Both the position numbers and the translations under genes were made by a program. Of a stretch of 64,000 nucleotides of DNA, positions 25,935 to 38,879 are shown piece after piece. This DNA comes from Squalus acanthias (Eukaryota). Numbering within the stretch: the first letter of the stretch is position 1; each line of letters opens with the position of its first letter. The notes under the pieces were generated by a model. That model saw only the letters and a program-made list of their open reading frames with translations, was not told where the DNA came from and did no database searches. The stretch lies in the NCBI GenBank assembly GCA_030390025.1, contig CM059431.1, positions 150,166,001 through 150,230,000 on the forward strand, written 5' to 3'.

Positions 25935-28900
25935 AAAAGGGGACCAATAGAATGATTCCTTCTTTAAAAGGGTCTCTGATAGTGACACTCCCTCTTTAAA
26001 AGGATTCCTGAGTGTGAGTATCTTTAAAAGGGATCCCTGTTGGTGACTCACTCATTAAAAGGGCTCCCTGATAGAAAGATACCCTCTTTAAAAGTGATCG
26101 CTGATGGTAAGTCTCTCTTTAAGTGTGCTCCATTGTAGAAAGAATCCCTCTTTAAAAGGGCTGCCTGATGGTGAGGCTCACTCTTTAAAAGGGATCCCAG
26201 AAGGTAAGACTCACTCTTTAAAAAGGGTCCGTGATGCGGAATCGCCCTCTTTAAAAGGGGTCCCCGATTGTGAGGCTCGCTCTTTAAAAGTTGTCCCTGG
26301 TGGAGAGACTCTCTCTTTAAAAGGGGTAGCTGATAGAAAGACTCTATTTTAAAAGGGGTACCTTTTGGGGAGACTCTCTCTTTAAAAGGGATCCCTGATG
26401 ATGAGACTCCCGCTTTAAAATGGACCCCTGATGGTGATACACCCTTTTTAAAAGGGGTCCCTGATGGTGAGACTATTTCTTTAATAGCGGTCCCTGATAC
26501 TGAATCTCCCTCTTTAAAATGGGTCCCTGTTGGTGAAACTCCCTCATTAAAAGTGGTCCCTGATGGTGAGACTTTCTGTTTAAAATGAGTCCCTGATGGT
26601 GAGACTCCCTCATTAATAGGAGTCCCTGATGCTGAAATACCCTCTTTAAACGGGGTCCCTGATGGTGAGCCTATTTAAAGGGGTTCCCTAATGGGGATAC
26701 TCTCTCTTTAAAAGGGGTCCCTGACTGAAAGACTCTCTCTTTAAAAGCGGTCCCTGATGGTAAGATGCCCTATTTTAAAGGGGTCCCTGATAGTGAGACT
26801 CACTCATTAAAAGTGGTCCCTGATGGTGAGACTCCCTCTTTAAAAGTTGTCCCTGTTGGTAAGATTCCCTATTTAAAAGGGGCCCCTGATGGGGCGACAC
26901 CCTTTTTAAAAGCGGTCCATGATTATGAGACTCTCTCTTTAAATGGGGTCCCTGATGGAGTGGCGATCTCTTTAAAAGCAGGCCCTGATGCTGTAACTCC
27001 ATCTGTAAAACGGATCCCTAATGATGAGACTCTCTCTTTAAAAGGGTTCCCTGATTATGAGGCTCCGTTTTTTAAAAGGGGTCCCTGACGTGTATTCTCC
27101 CTCTTTAAATGGGTCCCTGATTGAGACACTCCCTCTTTAAAAGGGGTCCCTGATGGTGAGATTCTCTCTTTAAAAGGGGTCCCTGATGGTGAGACTCCTT
27201 CTCAAATGGGTCCCCGATGGTGAGATTCTCTCTTTACAAGTGGTCCCTGATGGTGAGATTCTCTCTTTACAAGTGGTCCCTGATGGTGAGATTCTCCCTT
27301 TAAAAGTGGTCCCTGATGGTGAGACTCTCTCTTCCGTAGGAGTCGCTGATGCTGAAACAGCCTCTTTAAACGGGGTTCCTGATGATGAGCCTCTTTAAAA
27401 GGGGTCCCAAATGGGGAGATTCTCTTGTTAAAAGGGGTCCGTGATAGAAAGTATCCCTCTTTAAAGTGTGTCCCTGATGCTGAAACAGCCTTTTTAAAAG
27501 GGTTCCCTTTTGGTGAGCCCCGATAAAAGTTCTCCCTATTGGGGAGACTCTCTCTTTAAAAGGGGTCGCTGATGGAAAGACTCTCTCTTTAAAAGTCGAC
27601 CCTGAGAGTGAGACTCCTTCTTTAAAAGGGGTCCCTGATGGTGAGACACCCTCTTTAAAAGCGGATCCTGATGGTGAGAGTCTCTCTTTAAAAGTGGTCC
27701 CTGGTGGAGAGACACTCACTTTAAAAGGGGTGCCTGATGGTTATTATCCCTCTTTAAAAGTGGCCACTGATGGTGATACTCTCTCTTTAAAAGGGGTCCC
27801 GGATGCTGAAATACCCTCTTTAAAATGGATTCCTGATGGTGAGATCCCCTCTTTAAAAGGGGTCCTTGATGGCGAGTTCCTCTCTTTAAAAGGGGTTCCT
27901 GATGGTGAGACTCTCTCTTTAAAAGGTGTCCCTGATGGTGAGACTCCCTCTTTAAAAGGGGTCCATGATGGTGAGACTCCCTCTTTTAAAGGGGCCACCG
28001 ACTGTGAGACTCTCGTTAAATGGGGTCCCTGATGGGGAGACTCCCACTTTAAAAGGGGACCCTGATGGTGAGAAACCATCTTTAAAAGGGTACCCAAACG
28101 GTGAGACTCTCGTTAAAATGGGTCCCTGATGGGTATAATCCCTCTTTAAATGTTGTCCCTGAATGTGAGACTCTCTCTTTAAAAGGTGTCCCTGATGGTG
28201 AGACACCCGTTTTAAAATGGTCCCTGATGGTGAGACTCTCTTTTTAAAACCGGTCTCTGATGCTGAAACTCCCTCTTTTAAAGGGGTCCCTGGTGGAGAT
28301 ATTCTCTCATTAACAGTGGTCCCTGACCGGGATACTCACTCTTTAAAAGGGACCCCTGATGGTGAGATTCTCTCTTTAAAAGGGGTCCCTGATGCTGAAA
28401 CACCCTCTTTAAAATGGAACCCTGATGGTGAGACTTCCTCTTCAAAAGGAATCCCTGATGGGGAATAACCCTCTTTAAAAGGTGTTCCTAATAGAGACAC
28501 ACCTTCTTGAAAAGGGCACCCTGATGGTGAGACATTCTCTTTAAAAGGTGTCCCTAATCGGAAGATTATCTTTAAAAGGGGTCCTTGATAGAAAGATTCT
28601 CTCTTTAAAATTGGAGCCCAAAGTGAGTCTCACTCTTTAAAAGGGCCCCCTGATAGAAAGACCACCTCTTTAAAAGGGATCCCTGATGGTGAGACACACT
28701 CTTTAAAAGGGGTCCCTGAGTGTGAGACTCTCTCTTTAAAAGTGACCCGTGATGTTGAGACTCACTCATTAAAAGGGCTCCCTGACAGAAATATCCCGTC
28801 TTTAAAAGGGTTCCTGATGGTGAGTCTCTCTTTAAATGGTGTCCCTGATGGAAAGATTCTCTTTAAAAGCGGTCCCTGATAAAAAGACTCCCACTTTAAA

Positions 28901-31900
28901 AAGGGACCTTGATAGAAAAACTCTCTCTTTAAAATGTTCTCTGATGGTGAGACTCTCTCTTTAAAAGGAATCCCTGATGGGGAAACAGCCTCTTTAAAAG
29001 GTGTTCCTCATAGAGACATACCCTCTTGAAAAGGGCACCCCGATGGTGAGACACTCTCTTTAAAAGGTATCCCTAATCGGAAGATTCTCTTTAAAAGATC
29101 TCCCTGATGGAAAGACTCAATCTTTAAAGGGGGTCCAGGATAGAAAGACTCTCTCTTTAAAATGGGTGCGCCAGGGTGAGTCTCACTCTTTAAAAGGGCT
29201 CCCTGATAGAAAGACCACCTGTTTAAAAGGGTCTCTGATGGTGAGACTCCCTCTTTAAAAGGACTCCCTGAGTGCAAGACTCTCTCTTTAAAAATGACCC
29301 GTGATGGTGAGACTCCCTCTTTAAAAGTGGTCCCTGACCGGGATACTCACTCTATAAAAGGGACCCCTGATGGTGAGATTCTCTCTTTAAAAGGACTCCC
29401 TGAGTGTAAGACTCTCTCTTTAAAAATGACCCGTGATGGTGAGACTCCCTCTTTAAAAGTGGTCCCTGATGGTGAGACTCCCTCTTTAAAAGTGTCCCTG
29501 GTGGAGAGTCTCTCTGATTAAAAGGTGTACCTGATAGAAAGACTCTATCTTTAAATTGTTTCCCCGAGGGAGAGACTCCCTCTTTAAAAGGTATCCCTGT
29601 TGGTGAGACTCCGTCTTTAAAAGCGGTCGCTGATGGTGAGACTCCCTCTTTAAAACCGGGTCCCTTATGATGAGACTGTCTCTTTAAAAGCGATCCCTGA
29701 TGCTAAGACTCATTCTTTAAAAAGGATCCCTGATGGTGAGACTCCCTCTTTAAAAGGAATCCCTGATGGTGAGACTCTCTCTTTAAAAGGGATCTCTGAT
29801 AGAAAGACTCCCTCTTTAAAAAGAGTCCCTGATGCTGAAACAACCGTTTTAAAAGGGGTCCCTGATGGTTAGCCTCTTTAAAAGGGGTCCCTGATGGGGA
29901 GATTCCCTCTTAAAAAATGGGCCCCTGTTGGTCAGATTCTCTCTTTAAAAGGTGTTTCTGATGGTGAGACACCCTCTTTAAAATTGGTCCCTCATGGCGA
30001 GTCACTCTTTAAAAGGTGTCCCTGATGGAGAGCCTCTCTTAAAAAGCGGTCCCTGATGCTGAATCACCCTCTTTAAAAGGGGTCGCTGATGGTGAGACTC
30101 CCTCTTTAAAAGTGATACTGATGGTGAGACTCTCTCTTTAAAATCGGTGCCTGATGCTAAAAGACCCCCTTTAAAAGGGGTCCCTGATGGTGAACCCCTT
30201 TAAAAGGTGTCCCAAATGGGAGACTCTCTCTTTGAAATGGATCCCTGAGAGAAAGTCTCCCCCTTTAAAAAGTGTCCCTGATGCTGAAACACTCTCTTTA
30301 AAAGGGTTTCCTGATGATGAGCCTCTTTAACAGGGGTCCCTAATGGGGAGACATTCTCTTTAAAAGGTGTCCCTGATAGAAAGACTCTCCCGTTAAAATG
30401 TGTCCACGAGTGTGAGACTCCCTCCTTAAAAGAATTCCCTGATAGAAAGACTCTCTCTTTAAAAGTGGTCCCTAATGGTGAAACTCCCTCTTTAAAAGGG
30501 GTCCCTGATGTTAAGATCCCCTGTTTAAAAGGTGTCCCTGATGTTGAGACACCCTCTTTAAAAGCGGTCCCTGATGGTGAGACTATCTCTTTAAAAGCGG
30601 TCCCTGATTCTGTAACTCCCTCTGAAAAAGGGATCACTGACAGTGAGGCTCCCTCTTTAAAAGTGGTCCCTGATAGAGAGACTCTCTCATTAAAAGGGGT
30701 ACCTGATGGGTATACTCCCTCTTTAAAACGGGCCCCTCATGGAGATAGTCCCTCTTTAAATGTGTCCCTGATGGTGAGACACTCTCTTTAAAAAGGGTCC
30801 TTGATGATGAGATGCCTTCTTTACATGTGGTCCCTTATGGTGAGACACCCTCTTTAAAAGGGGACACTGACTGATGTATGAAAACTACTAGGCACTTGGT
30901 CTAAGCGTTAAACAAAGCTTTAATCAACTGTTTTTCAACATGGAGGTCTAGTTGCATCCTTTACTGGTTCCTGTAAAGGAATGTCCTAAGCAAGCTGGGC
31001 CCATGCCCTAGTAATTACACTCTCCCTGGACAGCGCCACCAGAAGGCCGGCCAGTATTATTTCATACATGAATGACAAGATTCATGTCACAGACGGTGAG
31101 ACGCTCGTTGAAATGGTTCCCTGAAGGTGAGACTCCCTCTTTAATTGGAGACGCTGATGCTGAAACACCCTCTTTAAAAGGCGTCACTGATGGAGACACT
31201 CCCTCTTTAAAAGGGGTCCCTGATGGTGAGACTCTCTCTTTAAATGGTGTCCCTGATAGAAAGATTCTCTTTAAAAGGGGTCCCTGATAAAAAAGACTCC
31301 TACTATAAAAAGGGAACTTGATAGAAAAACTGTCTCTTTAAAATACTCTCTGATGGTGAGACTCTTTCTTTAAAAGTGTACACTGATGGAGAAACTCTAT
31401 TTAAAAAGTGTCCCTGATGCTGAAACACCCTCCTTAAAAGGGGTCCCTGATGATGTGACTCCCTCTTTAAAAGGGGTCCCTGGTGGGGAGAATATCTCAT
31501 AAAATGGTGTCCCTGATAGAAAGACTCTCTCTTTATAATGGGTCCCCGAGGATGAGACTACATCTTTAAAATTGGTCCCTGATAGAAAACTCTCTTTAAA
31601 AGGTGTTCCTGATAGTAAGCCTCCCTCTTTAAAAGGGTCGCTGATGGTGAGACTCCTTCTTTAAAATGGGTCCCTGATGGTGAGACTCCCTCTTTAAAAA
31701 TGCTCCCTTATGGTGAGACACAATCTTTAAAATGGATCCCTGATGGTGAGACAACCTCTTTAATTGGAATCCCTGATGCTGAAACACCTTCTTTAAAAGG
31801 GGTCCCTGATGGTGAGCCGCTTTAAAAGGCTTCCCTCATGGGGAGATTCCCTCTTTAAAAAGTATCCCTGATGCTGAAACACACTTTTTAAAAGGGTTCC

Positions 31901-32520
31901 CTAATTGGGAGAAACTCTCTTTAAAAGGGGTCCCGGATAGAAAGAATCTCTCTTTCAAAGACGTCCCTGATGGTAAGGTTCCCTCTTTACAAGGGTCCCT
32001 GATGGTGAGACTCACTCTTCAATAGGTGTGCCTGATGGTGAGACTCCCTCCTTAAAAGCGTTCCCTGATGGTGAGACTCACTCTTTAAAAGGGCGGCTCC
32101 CTGATGGAGAAACTATCTCTTTAAAAGCGTTCCCTGATGCTGAAACTCCCTCTGTAAAAGGGATCCGTGATGGTGAGACTCCGTCTTTAAAAGGGATCCC
32201 CGATGGTGAGACTCCCTCTTTAAAAGTGGTCCCTGGTGGAGAGACTCTCTCACGAAAAGTGCTCCCTGATGGGTATACTCCCTCTTTAAAAGGGGTCCTT
32301 GATGGCCAGTCTCTCTCTTTAAAAGGTCCCTGATGGTGTGATTCCCTCTTTAAAAGGGGTCCCTGATGGTGACAATCCCTGTTTAAATGGGATCCCTAAT
32401 GGTGAGACTCTCTCTTTAAAATGAGTCCCTGATGCTGAAACATTCTCTTTAAAAGGGGTTCCTGATGGTGAGTCTCCCTCTTTAAATGGGGTCCCTGAGG
32501 GAGAGACTATCTCTTTAAAA
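25935..32520 (+). repeat. 33-bp satellite, right block
   Basis: same unit as 20785-23116; interrupted at 30872-31091. Confidence 0.95.
30872..31091 (-). mobile_element. putative solo LTR (220 bp)
   Basis: unique sequence inside the satellite; minus strand TGT..TCA termini; ATTAAA near its 3' end; GAC on both flanks. Confidence 0.55.
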
Positions 32521-34018
32521 TATTGTCGTAGTGTTATGCAGCGCAGAAAGATGCCCTTCGGCCCAACGTGTCTGCGCCGGCCATCTTGCCCTATCTACTC
32601 TAATCCCATTTTCCAGCATATGGTCCGTAGATTTGTATGCTATGGCGTTTCAAATGCTCGTCTAAATGGTTCATGATTGTTGTGAGGGTTCCTGCATCTA
32701 CCAAACGTTCAGGCAGTGAGTTCCAAATTCCAAACACTCTCTGGGTGAATTTGTTTTACCTCATATCCCCTCTACACCTCCTGCCACTTAAATTGAAACT
32801 ATTCCCCCTGGTTATTGAACCCTCTAATAAGGGGAAATGTTCCTTTCTATCTACCCTATCTATGCCGCTCATAATTTTTTACACCTCAATCAGGTCCACC
32901 CTCAGCCACCTCTGCTCTACCGAAAACAACCCCAGCCTTTCCAGTCCCTCTTCATAGCTGAAACTTTCCAGCCCAGGTAACATCCTGGTGAATCTCCTCT
33001 GCACCCTCTCTAATGCAATCACATCCTTCTTATAATGTGTCGACCAGAACTGCACACAGTTTTCCAGCTGAGGCCAAACTTGCATTATGTACAGCTCCAT
33101 CATAACCTCCCTGCTCTTATATTCTATGCCTCGGCTAATGAATGCAAGTATCCCATATGCCTTCTTAACCAACTTATCTACCTATTCTGCTGCCGACAGG
33201 GATCTATGTACATGCAGATCAAGTTGTCTCCGATCCTCTGTCCTTCCTAGAGTGCTATCATTCATAGTTTATTCCCTTGCCTTGACAGTCCTCCCAAAAT
33301 GCATCACCTCACACTTTTCTGTGTTAAGTTCCATTTGCCAATGTTCTGCTCATCTGACCAAACCGTCTATATCGTCCTGTAGCCTGATGCTTTCCACCTC
33401 GCTATTTACCACTCTCCCAATTTTCGTGTCATCAGATAACTTACTGATCATGCCTCCTGCATTCATATCTAAATCATGAATGTAAACTACAAACGGCAAA
33501 GGACCCAGCACCGATCAATGCGGTACAGCACTGGACACAGGATTCCAACCACAAAAACAACCTTCGACCATCACCCTCTGCCTCCTGCTACGAAGCCAAT
33601 GTTAGATCCAATGTGCCTAATTGCCCTGGAACCCATGGGCTCTTACCTTCTTGATCAGTCTCCCATGCGGGACTTTGTCAAAAGCTTTACTAAAGTCCAT
33701 GTAGATCACATCAACTGCACTTCCCTCATCCGCACATCCAATCATTACCTCGAGAAATTCAATCAAATTGGTCAGACGTGATCTCCCCCTGACAAAGCCA
33801 TGCTGACTATCCTTGATTAATCCTTGCCTCTCCAATTGGAGACTAATTCGTTTGCCATCAGAATTGTTTCCAATATTTTCCCTACCACTGATGTTAGGCT
33901 CACTGGCCTGTAATTCCCTGGTTTATCCCTACTACCCTTCTTGAATAATGATACTATTTTAACTGTTCTCCAGTCCTCTGGCACCTCTCCTGTGATAGTC
34001 CAACAGTTTTATTTGAAA

Positions 34019-34056
34019 TCACAAGCTTTCGGAACTATCGCTCCTTCCTCAGGTGA
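34019..34056 (-). ncRNA. minimal type I hammerhead ribozyme motif (inverted copy)
   Basis: reverse complement of 34096-34133. Confidence 0.7.
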
Positions 34057-34095
34057 CATCTACATATGCTCTGACGATTCTGTATCCAATTTACT

Positions 34096-34133
34096 TCACC
34101 TGAGGAAGGAGCGATAGTTCCGAAAGCTTGTGA
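34096..34133 (+). ncRNA. minimal type I hammerhead ribozyme motif
   Basis: UCAC-CUGAGGA-A-GGAGC(GAUA)GUUCC-GAAA-GCUU-GUGA. Confidence 0.75.
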
Positions 34134-34850
34134 TTTCAAATAAAACTGTTGGACTATAACCTGGTGTTGTGCGACCTCTCAATTTTGTCCACCCCAGTCC
34201 AACACCGGCATCTCCGCATCATGACCTCTCCTGTGGCCAGAGAGGTGCTGAAAATTTGTGTCAGAGCCCCTGCAATGTCCTCCCTTGCCTCACACAGCAG
34301 CCTGGGATAACTCTCGTCTGGGCCTGGGGATTTATCCACTTTTAAGCCCGCCAAAACCGCTAGTACCTCCTCCCTTTCTATACTAATTTGTTCAAGTTTA
34401 TCAAAATACCCCTGCTTGATTTCTATGCCTACATCGTCCTTCTCCACAGTGAACAGAGATACAAAATATTTATTTAAATCCTCACCTACATCTTCCGGCT
34501 CTGCACACAGATTGCCACTTTGTTCCCTAATGGGCCGTACTCTTTCCCTGGTTATCCTTTTGCCCATAATATACTTATAAAACACCTTGGAATTTTTCTT
34601 TATTTTGCCTGCCAGTGTTTTTTCATGCCCCCTCTTCGCTCTCCTAATTTCTTTTTTAGGTACCCACCTGCACTTTCTATACTCCTCTATGGCTTCCACT
34701 GTTTTTAGTCCTTTGTGTCTGCCAAAAGCCTTCCTTTTTTCCTAATCCATTCTTGTATATCCCTTGACATCCAGGTTTCCCTGGGCTTTTTGTTCCCACC
34801 CTTGACCTATACGGTTACATGTTGGCGTTGTACTCTCTCTAGTTCCTTTC

Positions 34851-35941
34851 GATCGACAGTTCCGACGGGCCACAGCGAAAAACCGCATAGACCTCCTCAA
34901 AAGGCGAACATGGGACACAACCAAAAGAGTACCCTACGTCGTCCAGTACTTCCCCGGAGTGGAGAAACTACGCCATTTTCTTCGCAGCCTTCAATATGTC
35001 ATCGATGACGATGAACACCTTGCTACGGTCATCCCCACGCCTCCATTACTCGCCTTCAAGCAGCCGCCTAACCTCAAATGTACCACCGTTCGCAGCAAAT
35101 TACCCAGCTGTCAAGAGAACAGCGACCACGACATCACACAACCCTGCCACGGCAACCTCTGCAAGACATACCAGATCATGAACAACGATACCATCATCAC
35201 AGGTGAGGGCACTACCCACCAGGTACATGGTACATACTCATGTGTCTCGGACAACATTGTCTACCTCATACTTTGCAGGAAAGAATGCACTGCGGCATGG
35301 TACATCGGCAAGACCATGCAGATACGGAGACAACGTATGAACGGACACCGCGCACAATCGCCAGGCAGGATTGTTACCTCCCAGTTGGGGAACACTTCAG
35401 CAGTCATGGACATTCAGCCTCAGATCTGCAGGTTAGCGTTCTCCAGGGCGGCCTTCGAGACACACGACAACGCAAAATCATCGAGCAGAAACTGATAGCC
35501 AGGTCCCGCAACCATGAGGACGGCCTCAATAGGGATCTCGGGTTCATGTCACGCTACAGAACGTGACTCGACATCGTTGCCTGTTTTTCCAGTTTTTAAA
35601 AAGTCATCGTTGTCTGTTTTTACAGTATAAAAAAAAAGTTAAAAGCTAAACTGCAGACGGCAGCATTTGACACGTTGGACCCCCTGTGACCAACCTCATT
35701 GTCTCAGCTGTACTCTGATGTGTCTTTGATGTAATGCCTCCCGAACAGATTGTATCTCTGCAGACCTTTGTTTTCTGTGTATATATACTGTGTAATAGAT
35801 TCCCTCACTGTACTTGTACCTGAAGAAGGAGCAGCGCTCCGAAAGCTCGTCATTTTAAATAAAACTGTTGGACTATAACCTGCTGTTGTGCGACTTCTCA
35901 TTTTTGTCCACCCCAGTCCAACACCGTCATCTCCGCATTAT
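34851..35941 (+). mobile_element. 5'-truncated Penelope-like element (GIY-YIG endonuclease + 3' repeat)
   Basis: AFKQPPNL..CHGNLCKT..NIVYLILC..WYIGKT..RMNGHR..VGEHF..EQKLI..GLNRDLG; TSD TTCCTTTC (34843-34850, 35942-35949). Confidence 0.9.
35817..35851 (+). ncRNA. minimal hammerhead ribozyme motif in the Penelope 3' repeat
   Basis: AC-CUGAAGA-A-GGAGC(AGC)GCUCC-GAAA-GCUC-GU; stem I is weak. Confidence 0.65.
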
Positions 35942-38354
35942 TTCCTTTCTGAAAGACTCCCACTGCTCTGATGTGGATTTTCCTACAAGTAGCTGATCCC
36001 AGTCCACTTTGGCCAGATCCTGCTTTATCATATTCAAATCGATCTTCCCCCAATTTAGATCATTTATTTCCGGTCCATCTTTGTCCTTTTCCATGACTAC
36101 CCAAAATCTCACCGAATTATGGTCACTATCAGCATAATGCTCTCCAACTGTCACTTCTCCCACTTGCCCGGCTACGTTACATTTAATTAGGTCCAGTACC
36201 GCCCCCTCTCTTGTAGGATTTTCTACATGCTGGCTCAAAAAGCTCTCCTGGATGCACTTTAAGAATTCCACACCCTCCAAGCCTTTCACACTCTGCCTAT
36301 CCCAGTTAATATTGGGGAAGTTGAAATCCCCTACTATTATTACCCTATTATTTCTACACTTCTCTGAGATTTGCCTACAAGTCTATTCCTATATCTCCCC
36401 CTGACTGTTTGGGTGCCTATAGAACACTCCCAGCAAAATGCTTGCCCCCTTTTTGTTTTTAAGTTCTACCCATATGCCCTCATTAGAGGAAACTGCTAAG
36501 ATATCATCCCTCCTTACTGCAGTAATTGACTGCTTGATTAATATTGCGAACCCCCTAATCTTGAACACGCCCCTCTATCTCGCCTGAAGATTCTATACTC
36601 CGGTATATTTTTGCATTCAAATAAATGCCATCCAGCCTTGCCATACTCCCTTGTGCCGTTACATATTTGCTCTGCCTTCCAGGCTGACTTGTTTATTCCT
36701 CTATATTTGGCTGTGCATCACCCCCTACTATAGCTCCACTCCGTATCCCATCCCCCTGCCAAGTTAGTTTAACCTCCCCCCACCCCGCTAACAGCACTAG
36801 CAAACTTCCCCGCAAGGATGCTGGTCCCATTCCGGTTCTGGTGCAACCCGTCCGACTTGTTTAGGTCCCACCTTCCCCAGAAGCAGACCAGTGATCCAGG
36901 AAGCTAAAGCCCTCCCTCCTGCACCAACTCTTTAGCCACGCATTAATTTGTTCTATCCTCCTATTCCTATACTCATTAGCACGTGGCACCGGATGTAATC
37001 CAGAGATTACAACCTTTGAGTTCCTGATTTTTAATTTGATACCTAGCTCCCTAAATTCTTGTTGCAGGACCTCATCCCTTTTTCTACCCATGTCGTTGGT
37101 ACCAATGTGAACAACGAACTCTAACTATTCGCCCTCCCCCTTCAGAATGCCCTGCAGCCGTTCACTGGCATCCTTGACCCTGGCAACAGGGAAGCAACAT
37201 ACCATCCTGGGATCAGGTCTGCGGACACAGAAACCTCTATCTGTTCCCCTTACGATAGTATCCCCTATCACTATGGTTCTCCCACTCTTTTTCCTCCCCT
37301 CCTGTGCAGCTGAGCCACTCGTAGTGCCACGGACTTGACTCTTGCTGCATTACCCTGAGAAACTATCTCCCCCAGCCGTATCCAAAACGGAAACACTGTT
37401 GGAGAGGGAGATGGACCCAGGGGACTCCTGCTCTAGCGTCCTATTTATTTTACTCTGTCTGGCGGTCACCCACTCCCTGTCTGTCTGTGCACTATTTACC
37501 TGCCGTGTGACCAGCTTGGTAAACGTGCTATCCATGTAGATCTCAGCCTCGCGGATGCTCCACACTGACTTCAGCCGCAGCTCCATATCTGAAACGCGGA
37601 TTTCGAGTAGCTACATCTGGAGACACTTCATGCACATGTGTTCGCCTTGGAAAGCTAAAGTGTTGCTGACTTCCAACATAGCACAGGAGGAGCACTCCAC
37701 GCTGCCGAGCTGCCCTGCCATGTCCTACGCTGAATTTACTGCCTTTAGTTCCTTTAAATTAAAGAATATTAAATAAACAAGGGAACTTATCTCCCTTTAA
37801 AAACTACTTCTTCTAAACTAGAGACCTTAGCTTTACTTTAACGATGGAATGTAGAAATACTGTAGAAATACTCACCGCTGGTTCTCTGTCCCCTCTTGTG
37901 CAGATTCTTAGCTCCTGCTCTCCTGGAAGCTGACAAAGATAGAAAAAGAAAGGAACACCTCCCTCCCCGAAGTCCCTCACTCACCAACCTCGCAGCTTCA
38001 CACTCTGTTCCGATCTGCACAGCGTGACGAACTGCACGCTAGCCTCCCTTGTTGATACTGCTGAGATTGAAATAACTGAGCTATCTGGCAGTTACAGAAC
38101 CAGATTAGACTAATTAATTAATTAATTACTCTCACCTGCTCTCCTGCACAGAGCTTGCTTAGCCCTGCCCAAGACTGGAAGAAACTTAAAACTTGAAACA
38201 ATAAATATAAAATTTAAGTTAAATGCTAATTGCAAGCACACAAGACTAGATTTTATAAAAAGGAGATTAACCCTTAAGATTCACTCCCTCACTCACCAAA
38301 CTCGCAGCTTAAAACTCTGTTCTGATCTGCACTCCGTGACAAACTGAACTCTAC

Positions 38355-38715
38355 AGTTGTAGAAAATTATGTGGGGCATGGCTAGGGTTGATAGAAATGA
38401 ACTTTTCTGCTTGGTAGAGGGGTCAATAACAAGGGGGCATAGTTTCAATGTAAGTGGCAGGAGGTTTAGAGGGGATTTGAGAAAAAACATTTTCACCCAG
38501 TGGGTGGTTGGAATCTGGAACTCACTGCGTGAAAGGTTGGTAGAGGCAGGAGCGCTCATAACATTCAAGAAGCATTTAGATGAGCACTTGAAACGCTATA
38601 GCATACAAGGCTACGGACCAAGTGCTGGAAAATGGGCTTAGAATAGACAGGGCTTGATGGCCGGCGAGAAAACGATGGGCCGAAGGACTTCTTTTTCTGC
38701 TGTATATCTCGATGA
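38355..38715 (+). mobile_element. CR1 3'-end fragment
   Basis: ITRGHSF..RFRGDLRKNIFTQWVVGIWNSL + 3' tail. Confidence 0.85.
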
Positions 38716-38730
38716 CTCTATCGATGACTC

Positions 38731-38733
<3 letters not shown>

Positions 38734-38765
<32 letters not shown>
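38734..38765. repeat. (TA)n microsatellite
   Basis: direct read. Confidence 0.95.
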
Positions 38766-38768
<3 letters not shown>

Positions 38769-38879
38769 GGCAAAATTTTAACTTTTGCAGATGACACGCA
38801 ACTGGGAAATGTAGTAAACACTGAATGGGATAGCAGTAGGCTTCAGGAGGACATAGACAGACTGGGGAAATTAGCAAAA

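Larger units (their letters stand above)
33995..34223 (+). mobile_element. Penelope-like short insertion with inverted terminal (pLTR-like) segment
   Basis: TSD ACCTCTCCTGTG (33983-33994, 34224-34235); 62-bp inverted repeat 33995-34056 / 34096-34157. Confidence 0.88.
32525..38350 (-). mobile_element. near full-length CR1 LINE of a second subfamily (defective) with two nested Penelope-like insertions
   Basis: 3' tail ~32525-32600; RT (YMDFSKAFDKVPHG); APE; ORF1 esterase and zinc finger ~36770-37720; 5' UTR with a ~65-bp direct repeat (~37974 and ~38286). Confidence 0.9.

Noticed and set aside
20785..32520. Many ORFs encoding SLKGVPDGETP / ESHHQGPLLKR repeats
   Set aside because: By-product of a 33-bp (3n) satellite; frames break constantly on both strands.
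20785..32520. Phased TTTAAAA tracts as intrinsically curved DNA
   Set aside because: TnAn tracts with a central TpA step do not produce A-tract macroscopic bending the way AnTn tracts do, and spacing is one tract per three helical turns.
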